Assembly (NCBI GenBank): GCA_965208325.1
Contig: OZ242326.1
Location: 2,880,001-2,944,000 of the forward strand
Source of the DNA: Candidatus Poribacteria bacterium
GTDB lineage: Bacteria > Poribacteria > WGA-4E > PCPOR2b
Length of the DNA: 64,000 nt
Direction: 5' to 3'
A program made the translations under genes and the position numbers. Below the pieces are notes generated by a model. The model was given only the letters and a program-made list of their open reading frames with translations. It had not been told where the DNA came from and searched no databases. Of this stretch, positions 9,755-19,010 are shown piece after piece (position 1 is the first letter of the stretch; the number at the start of each line of letters is the position of its first letter).

Positions 9755-9895
9755 TCGGCGGATAAACCACCGCACCCGAACCAGAAGGACCCGGCGCGCT
9801 GGACATACCACCAAGACCTCGCTTACCCGAATAGGCGTCCTATTTGACCATTCGGGTATCCGGCGGCAATCTGCGTTAGCCCGGTTGCCGCCATA
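9755..9895 (-). ncRNA. Candidate three-hairpin leader RNA (motif X), homologous to 34381-34524 and partly 32311-32366
   Basis: Conserved TGGTATRTC...CCGG-loop-CGGGTRCG and GGACGCCTATT; stems kept despite sequence change. Confidence 0.5.
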
Positions 9896-9972
9896 CAGAC
9901 AATGTTGTATGCCAGCAATGTGAACGCAATAATTTCCACTGTTGAAGCAAACGTGGGGTTTTCATTGATTTC

Positions 9973-10193
9973 TTAATGCCTCAAGTTTAGCCTTGTTATT
10001 GCACATCTAATCTTTCGGCGCAGTCGCCTCGCGGAATTGCGCCCCGTTTACATTTGCGGCGGTATCGGGGACAAGCGGTTCATCGTCTTCTTGGGTTAGT
10101 ATTTCGCGTGCAATGTCACAACCCGAAAAAAACACAGGGTAACAACACAAAACTGAGTTCTTCGGTAAATTTTTTTTGGTTCCTATGAGTCAC
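9973..10193 (-). pseudogene. Frameshifted small lipoprotein
   Basis: AAGGAG RBS + GTG; SG-CDIAREILTQEDD lies one base out of frame after two homopolymer runs. Confidence 0.4.
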
Positions 10194-10512
10194 TGATGTT
10201 CTCCTTTTTTAGGATTAGCCATAGCCGTTTGAATTCACTCTGTGAGCTTTTTTCAAGATAAAGTCAATTGCTATCAAAGGCACACAATCAAAGCGAGTAA
10301 TGCGATTGCTGGAGGACTTATCTTGATTCCTACCCATATAGAGTTAAATAAGCAATCGCATTTTGATGGATATACCTTGGGCACACGCAATAATTCCAAC
10401 TAACCGGCACCGCGAAGACATGGCACAAGACTGCCAAAGCGGCGGCTATTTTGCATTTCGAGCGAAACACGAACGATAAACGAACAAGCAGCGGCCTCCT
10501 CTCGTCGGCGCG

Positions 10513-11203
10513 AACAGAACCAACTGCCATAAAGTCTATTGATATAAATACAGGGAAATTCTCTCCCTCCTTCCATTCCCCGGCGAAGGGGAGCGGCAGG
10601 CATCACGGAGCCGTAATGTCGCCTCCTGCCGCGGGAAGGGAAATTGGACGCGTCAATCTCTAGAGCCGGACGGATCAGAAAAAGACGATCTGCCTCCCCT
10701 TTAATAGAACAAAAACCGTGCCAATGGTCGGTTTAAGGAGGAGTTCAACTCTGTAGAGACGGATAAATCCAGTGGTAGTCTAGGTTCGATGGATATGCGA
10801 AGCAGCCGGGCGGGCAGTTAGCGTGACAGGGTGCAGGTTGAAAAAGTATCAAAATGAGACTGGCAAGGTGTGCAGAAATAGAGGAAATCGGCGGGGAATC
10901 CTGTAATGACGCGGGATGCGGACGTTTATCTCAAAATAGGACTGAGTCTCATTTTGGGACAAATGAAAGAGGGTTTAAGGACGGATTAGTTCATTCAAAA
11001 AAAAAATTTTAGCACAACTGTTTCAAGTTGTATTTATTTTTCGGTAATTTCTGAGTGATATGCGGTGCGGTTAGGAATCAGAACCTACCGGAATGGGCCG
11101 CGCAGTTTATACAACTTCAATTTCCGATAAAGTGTTGATTGACCAATCTTCAACGCTTACACCTTAATGGGCAAGTATGACTGTCTAAACATTGGGGGTA
11201 AGT
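10513..11203 (-). repeat. ~690-bp non-coding module, copy 1 (terminal motif, enhancer-like sites, sigma54-like promoter, structured leader)
   Basis: Direct repeat of 36300-36994; 10744-10863 is identical to 36530-36649. Confidence 0.9.
10705..10724 (-). promoter_or_regulatory. sigma54-like -24/-12 promoter (imperfect -12)
   Basis: TTGGCACGGTTTTTGT versus consensus TGGCAC-N5-TTGC. Confidence 0.5.
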
Positions 11204-11317
11204 AAATCCCATTTCACGCAGCCGCACCGCGATGTGCTTGGACAGGTCTTCCGGCGGCAACTGTGCCAGTTGGGTCTCCGAGATGCCAAAGAGTTGGTAA
11301 TAGGCGCGGTTGGCGTG

Positions 11318-13444
11318 TTAATCGGGCAGAATCCTGGAGCAGGGCAGCTGGATGTGGATTGTCATCCCTTTTCCATGTCCGCCGCTTGATGCGCTAATCT
11401 TGCCTCCGATTGCAATCACGAAATTAGCGCTCGAATGCAGCCCCAGTCCCGTGCCCTTCTGTTTGGTGGTATAACCTGGCGTAAAGATTGTCCTGGATTG
11501 GTCGGGGTCTATCCCTATCCCGTTGTCGGTAAAATCGATGCGCAAGGAATCCGCATCACTGTGCGCTCGAATTCGGATAAAGGGCATCTCGTTCAATTCC
11601 CCCAATTTCGCGAGCTCATCGATGGCTTCAATCGAGTTCTTGACCATATTGACTATCATCTGATGAAACTGGCTCTCCTGTATCCGAATCTCATCGATCG
11701 CTCCTTCACAGTCTATCTCAATCTCTATGCCGCGCTTTTCGATAGAGTGCTGCAATACATTGATAGCCGATGAAAGTGCTTCGGCAAGATGGATATCTTT
11801 GCGGTTATCGCGGGCGTCGCCATGCGACTTCTGCGTCCGGATGATGTCCACGATATGATTGGTACGGTTCCGAATACGCTCGACCCTCCGCTTCAAGTCG
11901 GCGTCAACCTCGTGCAAGTCGGTTGCCAACCCCTTAATGAAGGGTAAAACTTTTAGGCCTTGCGGGTGATTGGTGACATACTCACCCAAATCTTCTCGAT
12001 GCGCTTCGAGTGCGTTGGCGAGGGCAGTGAGCCGGGTTGAAAGTTTGTCGCTGGCAAGCATTTCGTAGACGGTATCAGTGCCGACTGCGACACTGTTGAT
12101 GGCATTGCCGATATTGTGCAAGATGGTATCGACGACCTCCAACCGCCCCTGTGCGAACGCTTGATTCAAATGTTCGGCGGCACGCACTTTATCCGTTACG
12201 TCGTGGAAAACAACGACTCCTCCTTGTTGTTCACCGCTGTCGTCCCGCAGCGGTCTTCCGCTGACGTTGAGATATGCGCCCTCAGGTATAGAGGGATTTT
12301 GCACAAATATTTCGACGTTATTTGTTGATTCACCGCGGATGGCGCGGGTCAGCGGAAGCTCATCGGTCGGGAACGGCGTTTCCTTGTCCATATAATACAT
12401 CCCGTATTTTTGCGTCCAGTCGTTGATGGGGACTTCAAGCTGCGGTCCGCCAGCTATCTGTTCGGCCCGCGGATTGAACATGGTCAAATTGCCGTTTTTA
12501 TCGGCAACGACTATGCCGTCACTGATGTTGTTAAAGACCGATTCCAGGAGTTGAGTTTGGCGTTCAAGTTCAGCGATCGAGTTTTTCAGCCGTTCCTCGG
12601 TCTGCTTGAGTTGCGTGATGTCGCGTATTACGGCAACTGCGCTTACCACATGTCCCTTCTTGTTCAATATGGGGCGTGCGCTGATACTCACGTGGATGCC
12701 TTCCGGCTGTGTCTCATTCCGCAACAACATCTCAATGTTATCGGTGTTTTCCCCCAGTAACGCCAACGCAAGCGGAAGTTTGTTTACGGGGAACTCCGAC
12801 TCCCCGTCCGGTTGAAACAGACCAATCTGCCGAGGCGCATCCTTGGTATGTTTGCCGCGCAGTTTCTTTGCCCCCATCTCGTCAGCTCGTTTGTTGAAGA
12901 ACACATATTTTCCGTAATCGTCTGCGACAATCACGCCGTCGCTGATGCTGTTGAAAACGGTATCTAACAACCTTGACTGCCTTTGCTGGTTAGCCCTCGA
13001 TTCATCGAGTTGGGCTTGTATGGTTTTCAACTCGGTGATGTCGCGCAACACAATCACTCCTCCAATCAGTTCACCCGAAGAATCGTGCAACGGCCGCCCA
13101 CTCACGTTGATAAAAACGCCGTCAGGTCTCTGCTCATTGCGAATGAACAGTTCGATGTTGTTTGTAACCTCGCCGTGCATGGCTCGCATCAATGGAAGAT
13201 TCTCGTTGGGAACGGGTGTCATCTTATCGGGATAGAATGTGCCGTAAATTTCACTCCATTCGTGTGGAGAATCTTCGGTCGGCCCCATGCCGACAATGCC
13301 GACCGCGGTCGGATTGGCAAGCCAAAATTCACCCGCCGTGCTGGTCGCGACAACTCCCTCACTGAGGCTATCGAAAATGGTTTGCATCTGTTCTAGCTGC
13401 TCTCGCAGTTGCTTGTTTTCAGCTTCTAATTCCGTGATAGTCAT
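11318..13444 (-). CDS. Cytoplasmic sensor histidine kinase with three PAS domains
   Basis: Three FNSISDGVIVAD-type PAS repeats; H box ILHNIGN; N, DNGIG, F and GTGLGL boxes. Confidence 0.92.
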   Translation of the reverse strand: MTITELEAENKQLREQLEQMQTIFDSLSEGVVATSTAGEFWLANPTAVGIVGMGPTEDSPHEWSEIYGTFYPDKMTPVPNENLPLMRAMHGEVTNNIELFIRNEQRPDGVFINVSGRPLHDSSGELIGGVIVLRDITELKTIQAQLDESRANQQRQSRLLDTVFNSISDGVIVADDYGKYVFFNKRADEMGAKKLRGKHTKDAPRQIGLFQPDGESEFPVNKLPLALALLGENTDNIEMLLRNETQPEGIHVSISARPILNKKGHVVSAVAVIRDITQLKQTEERLKNSIAELERQTQLLESVFNNISDGIVVADKNGNLTMFNPRAEQIAGGPQLEVPINDWTQKYGMYYMDKETPFPTDELPLTRAIRGESTNNVEIFVQNPSIPEGAYLNVSGRPLRDDSGEQQGGVVVFHDVTDKVRAAEHLNQAFAQGRLEVVDTILHNIGNAINSVAVGTDTVYEMLASDKLSTRLTALANALEAHREDLGEYVTNHPQGLKVLPFIKGLATDLHEVDADLKRRVERIRNRTNHIVDIIRTQKSHGDARDNRKDIHLAEALSSAINVLQHSIEKRGIEIEIDCEGAIDEIRIQESQFHQMIVNMVKNSIEAIDELAKLGELNEMPFIRIRAHSDADSLRIDFTDNGIGIDPDQSRTIFTPGYTTKQKGTGLGLHSSANFVIAIGGKISASSGGHGKGMTIHIQLPCSRILPD

Positions 13445-13453
13445 TTTAGCGCG

Positions 13454-13894
13454 TTAGCTCCTCCCAATCAGGTTGAAATCATACACCTGTTGAACCAGCC
13501 CTAAAACATAGTCGAGGTTCTCGACCGACTTCAATTTTACAACGGTCCAACCGAAATCCTTTTTCTCGTATATTTCATGGGGATCCGTGATGTTGTCGAA
13601 AGGCATTTTTAAGTAAAAGGTCACGTGTTTCAGGTGTTGGTAGACTGATAAAAACTGTGTTCTCATCAACTTCGGAGCTTTGAAACCGACACTACCATCC
13701 GATTTTCGGTTAAACGCCTCAACCCCATCCAAGTCCAAAACACGCTGCATTAGCCGTTGGAAAAGAGCGTCCATGTCTGTTGGGGTCGGCGGCGTGTGCT
13801 CCTTGAGCCGTAACTGCTCCAGTTCGGTTCGCATCTCTTGGAGACCGCTTAACACTGAGTATTTCCTCCTTTGGCACGACAGACATTTCAACAT
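13454..13894 (-). CDS. DUF5655-like domain protein (start uncertain)
   Basis: VGFK...YLKMPFDNITDP...VKLKSVENLDYVLGLVQQVYD resembles DUF5655 (from recall). Confidence 0.55.
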   Translation of the reverse strand: MLKCLSCQRRKYSVLSGLQEMRTELEQLRLKEHTPPTPTDMDALFQRLMQRVLDLDGVEAFNRKSDGSVGFKAPKLMRTQFLSVYQHLKHVTFYLKMPFDNITDPHEIYEKKDFGWTVVKLKSVENLDYVLGLVQQVYDFNLIGRS

Positions 13895-14121
13895 CGGTGA
13901 TAGCGCCTAGTGCGTCCGTCTTGGGAATAATTTGCTAGGGTCGCATATCCAATACTGCCGAAAAGCAACGTGTCTGCTCATTATCCAATTTGTTGTAGTC
14001 ATTTCGGTTCATATTTACACAGAGAGGAAACGACTGATTGATAATCGAGGTTAGGAATCCTCTCCCACAAACCAATAATAAAAGCATAATTTTTAGTCGT
14101 AATGACTGTAAATTCAAAGTG

Positions 14122-14250
14122 AGCAATGCGTAAAATCTAATGCGTAATGCGTAATGAGTAATGCGTAATGCGTAATGAGTAATGAGTAATGAGTAATGAG
14201 TAATGCGTAAAATGTAATACGTAAAATGTAATGCATAGAGGGTAATGCGG
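14122..14250. repeat. Heptamer tandem repeat (GTAATGC/GTAATGA)n
   Basis: Visible tandem array; shorter tracts near 21710-21760, 23648-23686, 24545-24597, 27615-27645 and 29300-29332. Confidence 0.9.
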
Positions 14251-14286
14251 TAAGCGGCTCGATTGCGTTAGAAAATGAATTTAGAA

Positions 14287-14320
14287 AGAAACCGTGTTTT
14301 GAAGAAAAAACTCGGTTTCT
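14287..14320 (-). terminator. Repeated palindrome just after the stop codon (terminator or REP-like)
   Basis: AGAAACCG..TTTT...AAAACTCGGTTTCT; copies at 18973-19006 and 25185-25218, each following a FlgD-Ig-terminated gene. Confidence 0.65.
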
Positions 14321-14324
14321 CTTG

Positions 14325-17030
14325 CTACTTCATAATCAGCATCTTCCGGCTGGCTGAAAAGTCCGGGGTATGCAATTTGTAGAAGTAAACACCAGAAGCA
14401 ACCCGCTCACCCATGTTGTTACGCCCGTCCCAATACGCGGCGCGCGCCCGGCTATTATAAAATCCCGCTGATTGAAAACCGATCGACAGCGTGCGAACCA
14501 AATTACCCGTTGTATCGTATATGGATATGGATACAGGACTGTCTTCCGTGAGTTGATATGGAATCCACGTCTCCGGGTTGAACGGATTCGGGTAGTTCTG
14601 CAACAACTGAGTCTGCTTCGGTTGACCGATGGTATCCAGCCTGACAGACAATACTGCGTTTTCCAAGTGTTCAGGGGCCACTTTGAATCTCAGGGTTGGC
14701 GATTCAATATTTCCATCCAGACCAATGACGCGCACTTCAATCACGTCTCCGGCTTCGACAACGCTCCGCCGCAACAAGTCTGCGGTCGCAGCGGCAAAGT
14801 AATCACCTTGCACCGGCGCGGTTATGATCTTGTTTGTTCTCAGGTTGAGGACGACAACTTGATAGCCGTCAAATGACTGTACACCTTCCAAATGCCCACT
14901 CACAACGAACGCCCACGCGTTTTGAGCAACCCCCCTGTCCCCCCTTATCAAGGGGGTAATGGTGGGTGCCGCCGCGGCAGGCTCTGTTTGGCTAGTCCAC
15001 GGCGCTCCGACGAAGGCGAAATTGCGGGTTTCCGGGACATTGACGATATAACCGCCGCCGCCTTCGATTGGAAAACCGTCGTTCGGCGCGCCCGGCGTCC
15101 ACGCCACGAAACGCTGGTTCGGCGCATCGATCGTGATGACGGTTGTCGCTCCTGTCAGCCCGGCAAGCGACTTGGCGCTCATCGGGGTTGACGGCGCCAA
15201 CGGCACGGAAATCATGTTCAATCCTTTCGGCAGCGTGACGTTGTAGGCGTTACTGAAATACTCACTCACTTCTTCGGCAACCGGTCTGGCGATAAACCCG
15301 TGTCGGCGTCCATCCGCCGAGTCATAGTGGCCGACGACAGAGCCGTCTTGATTGATATTCCAACCCTCCGTGCCAACACTGCCGGGAACCTGCAATTCGT
15401 GCGGCTCCCCGAATCTGCCGACGTATGTGCGCGGGACATCACCCACTTGTTTGGCTCGACCAACGATAATCCCTACATCGTTGATACCGTGCATAAAAAT
15501 GTACTCGAAATCCGCGGCTGCTAAGATGTCGGCAAAACCAAATCTGCCATCCGGAGCACGCGCGTATGCCTGATATGTGCCGTCACTGTCCACATAGCTG
15601 CCCACAACGGCACCTGACGCACTCACAAAGTCGGCATAAGTTTCCACTGCTCCGGGGACTTCAACGATGGTTTCCCCGGAAAAGCCTCGCCGCACGCCGG
15701 CAGCGTCGATAAAATTGCCCGTCAGTGCCCCGGTCGCATCGGAAATACCGTATATCTCCGTTTGGACCGCATCCGGAAAATCATATTGCCGCAGTTTGCC
15801 ATTTTTCAAGACGACACCGTGGTAAAGCCCCTGGTTGTCCTCGTAATGTCCGGCGGCAGTCCCATCGTTACCGAGCGCATAGAAATAAGTGTTCTTGGAA
15901 TCAGGAAAATCATGCCTCGTAAAAACGCCATCAATCAGCGTAAAGGCGACTATTTTTTCACCATCGGCAGACCGCGTGTAGCCGGCGTAATCCTCAAAAT
16001 CGCTGCTCGCCGTCAACGCTAAAAATTCAACACCGGGAACATCAATACTCTCAAAAGTATAAGTGTAGTTGAGGATGTCAGGCGGTACAACGGGCCGATC
16101 GCCGCCCGTTGCAGCAGTCCTAGCGATAAACCCGTGTCTGCGCCCATCCGCCGAGTCATAGTATCCGACGACAGAACCATCCTGATTGATATTCCAGCCG
16201 TCTGTGATAACACTGTCCGGTACCCGCAATTCATGCAGCCCGCCGAATCTGCCGACGTATGTGCGCGGGATGTCACCCACCTGTTTGGCGCGAACCACTG
16301 CAACGCCTAAATCGTTGACGCCGTATGGATACAGATACTCCAAATTCGATACGTCGAGAGCGTCGGCAAATATAAACCTGCCATCAGGGGCACGCACGTA
16401 TGCCTGATATACACCGTCACTGTCTACGTAACTGCCTACCACGGCGCCCGATGCGGTCGAAAAAAAGGCATGAGTTTCCGCTGCTCCGGGGACTTCAACG
16501 ACGGTATCCCCGGAGAAACCGCGGCGAACACCGGCATCGTCGATAAAATTGCCGGTCAGCACCCCGGTCGCGTCAGAAATACCGTATATCTCCGTTTGGA
16601 CGGCATCCGAAAAATCGTATCGCCGAAGCTCGCCATTTTCCAAGACGACACCGTGATACAGACCATCGCTATCTTGGTAGTGTCCCGCGGCTGTCCCGTC
16701 ATTACCCAACGCATAGAAGTGAGTTTTCTGCGAGCCGGGGAAATCATGGCGCATAAAAACATCGTCAATGAGCGTAAAGCCGACCTCTCTTTCGCCATCG
16801 TCACTTTTCGTATATCCGGCGTAATCCTCAAAGTCGCTGCTCGCTGTCAGCGCCAAAAAGCCCACACCCGGAACATCAATAGTTTCAAAAGTATAGTTGG
16901 CGCCGGCGGATGCGCCTCCGGATTCATTGTTCGTTTGTGCGGCGGAATCCCATGGGAAAAAGGATTTGAGGCACATATACAACGTAAATATGTAAAACAA
17001 AAAATTCGGTTTTGTCTGAGTAATCGACAT
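14325..17030 (-). CDS. Secreted protein with a duplicated beta-propeller-like unit and FlgD-Ig/T9SS-like C-terminus, paralog 1
   Basis: AAGGAG RBS before ATG at 17030; two YTFE(T/S)IDVPG...RHGFIAR units; NYPNPFNPETWIPY. Confidence 0.9.
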   Translation of the reverse strand: MSITQTKPNFLFYIFTLYMCLKSFFPWDSAAQTNNESGGASAGANYTFETIDVPGVGFLALTASSDFEDYAGYTKSDDGEREVGFTLIDDVFMRHDFPGSQKTHFYALGNDGTAAGHYQDSDGLYHGVVLENGELRRYDFSDAVQTEIYGISDATGVLTGNFIDDAGVRRGFSGDTVVEVPGAAETHAFFSTASGAVVGSYVDSDGVYQAYVRAPDGRFIFADALDVSNLEYLYPYGVNDLGVAVVRAKQVGDIPRTYVGRFGGLHELRVPDSVITDGWNINQDGSVVGYYDSADGRRHGFIARTAATGGDRPVVPPDILNYTYTFESIDVPGVEFLALTASSDFEDYAGYTRSADGEKIVAFTLIDGVFTRHDFPDSKNTYFYALGNDGTAAGHYEDNQGLYHGVVLKNGKLRQYDFPDAVQTEIYGISDATGALTGNFIDAAGVRRGFSGETIVEVPGAVETYADFVSASGAVVGSYVDSDGTYQAYARAPDGRFGFADILAAADFEYIFMHGINDVGIIVGRAKQVGDVPRTYVGRFGEPHELQVPGSVGTEGWNINQDGSVVGHYDSADGRRHGFIARPVAEEVSEYFSNAYNVTLPKGLNMISVPLAPSTPMSAKSLAGLTGATTVITIDAPNQRFVAWTPGAPNDGFPIEGGGGYIVNVPETRNFAFVGAPWTSQTEPAAAAPTITPLIRGDRGVAQNAWAFVVSGHLEGVQSFDGYQVVVLNLRTNKIITAPVQGDYFAAATADLLRRSVVEAGDVIEVRVIGLDGNIESPTLRFKVAPEHLENAVLSVRLDTIGQPKQTQLLQNYPNPFNPETWIPYQLTEDSPVSISIYDTTGNLVRTLSIGFQSAGFYNSRARAAYWDGRNNMGERVASGVYFYKLHTPDFSASRKMLIMK

Positions 17031-17291
17031 TAAAAACTCCTTTGTTGTATTGACTAAAGACGGCGGTTGGGTGTTCATGTAAATTGTCTGAATCAGGATT
17101 TACAGGATTTAAGTTTATGTGGGTTGGGTTATGCGGTTTAGACAACGCTTTGAGCGACGCCGCTATTCGACGAGGTTGAGTTGATTTGATGCGTTAGCCT
17201 TTATTATCAGAAAGGCGGTGCCTTATATCTGGCTCAAAGCCAATGCAATTACACTGCATTACCCCCAACCTAATTGTAAAGATATCTAATA

Positions 17292-18065
17292 TTAGATTTT
17301 TGATCGGTTATCATTTATGGGTTTCCATGTAAGTGAAACGGTGACGGTCAACCGGGTTACGTCGTCAAACTGCATGGCTTTTGTCCCGGCAATGTCTTGA
17401 CCCCGAAAGGTTTCGGTCTTGCCGACAAAGTCGTCCGAAAAAGGAAATCCAACTCCGCCCGGTTCCGGGCAAGGCAATGAATCATCCTCAATAACGACAA
17501 GATATATCACCTTATCCTGCAGATCGTCGTATGTTAAATAACCGCCGTCGGACTTATTGAAAAAGGCGCCCACGGAGTAGAGCCTGTCCGACCCGTCTAC
17601 ATGTTCTAATCCGTTAATTTGACCGGAGCACGCAATAAAGTTATCTGCGCGGTCATAAATGTGAACCTCAATTTCAAGCCGACCGAATTCATACTCGTTC
17701 GTAACCGCAATTTCCGTGATGGTGACACGATCGGGCACACGTGAAACGAAAGGCCCGCCGGAACCTAACGATTCTTCTAAGGGCGTAAACCTATTGTCAA
17801 CGTCATCTCTGAACGTAAAAATCTGATCTTCAATCGCCATACGCGATTTGAAAATAGCGCCTTCAACGTCTCTCCGCAGGTCGGACTGTTCGCCACGCAA
17901 CGTGGAAATTTCGTCTGCAAGATTGGGCCGCTCGTCTCTTAAAGAGTTTATTTCGGATTGGAAATCTTCGCGCAAAATATCAAGATCTTCTCGATCAACT
18001 TCAGCGCATCCAATCACAAGAAGAACTAAAATCATCACAATCGAATGCGTGTAACTTAGCTTCAT
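17292..18065 (-). CDS. Lipoprotein with coiled-coil and C-terminal beta domain
   Basis: GGAGG RBS before ATG at 18065; VIG-C lipobox. Confidence 0.75.
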   Translation of the reverse strand: MKLSYTHSIVMILVLLVIGCAEVDREDLDILREDFQSEINSLRDERPNLADEISTLRGEQSDLRRDVEGAIFKSRMAIEDQIFTFRDDVDNRFTPLEESLGSGGPFVSRVPDRVTITEIAVTNEYEFGRLEIEVHIYDRADNFIACSGQINGLEHVDGSDRLYSVGAFFNKSDGGYLTYDDLQDKVIYLVVIEDDSLPCPEPGGVGFPFSDDFVGKTETFRGQDIAGTKAMQFDDVTRLTVTVSLTWKPINDNRSKI

Positions 18066-18267
18066 ATAGAACCCTCCATAGTTAGGACATGTTGGCATTT
18101 GAGTGAAAGGCTGATTTAATGCACCGACCGCTTCACAAACGCCAAGCATCCCCATCGTTCCTCCCATCCCCGACATTCTTCCTCAATTGGTTCCCTCATT
18201 ACAAATTTGAAAGAGTCGGTAAATCCTTCAATTCCAATCGTTCAATGGCTTCAAGCCGGGTTGGGTT

Positions 18268-18774
18268 TTATTTCTTTTTGAAGACTATGGTACTACCATC
18301 ATCGCTGTTCAGTGTGAGCGTATTCCCTTTTCTCGTCCAGGTGCCGGTGTCTTCGTCCGTAGGACCGACTGGTTCTACTTCTTCTTTAAATATACCGGTG
18401 CCTTCTACTGCTATAGGTGTAAGTGTATAATTGGAGTCAGATAGGGAGTAAGTGCCTGTCATTTTCATTGAACCTTGCCCTGAAAGTTCCAAGCCTTCCT
18501 CTTCCACTTCAAACTTCACAGCGATTTCCGCTTCCACCGTTCCATTCTTATCAAACATCCAGTTATTGGCGACAATGGAAACATTTCCTCCTTCTTCGCC
18601 AAATTCTTCCACGAACAACCGGTCAAAACTCTGACCATCAATGGTTTCCCATGCCCAAGTTCCGACCCATTCATTATCATCCTCATCACTACCACAGCCG
18701 ATGGATACAATAATCAGAACTACGTAAAGGCTAACTAACCACAAATACCAGCGGGGTATTACGTGTTGAAACAT
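18268..18774 (-). CDS. Lipocalin-like lipoprotein
   Basis: SIG-C lipobox, WVGTW, GTY and GTW..GNTLTL motifs. Confidence 0.75.
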   Translation of the reverse strand: MFQHVIPRWYLWLVSLYVVLIIVSIGCGSDEDDNEWVGTWAWETIDGQSFDRLFVEEFGEEGGNVSIVANNWMFDKNGTVEAEIAVKFEVEEEGLELSGQGSMKMTGTYSLSDSNYTLTPIAVEGTGIFKEEVEPVGPTDEDTGTWTRKGNTLTLNSDDGSTIVFKKK

Positions 18775-19010
18775 CCTTTGAATCTCCCTTTTAGATTAAA
18801 TGTTAGATTTTTGAACAAGTTTCGTAGGTTGGGCGTAGCGGTGTTGACGATAAACACTTCAATGCGCCGCGTGCTTTACCTGGTTTGATTGCGTTAGAAA
18901 ATGTGATTGATGGAGCGTAAACCAACCGACAAAAATCGAAGTTGAATCGGGAGGGGCTTCCGAAATTCAGAAAGAAACCGAGTTTTGAAGAAAAAACTCG
19001 GTTTCTCTTG

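Noticed and set aside
14122..14250. Heptamer tract as CRISPR or coding repeat
   Set aside because: Simple intergenic tandem repeat without unique spacers.
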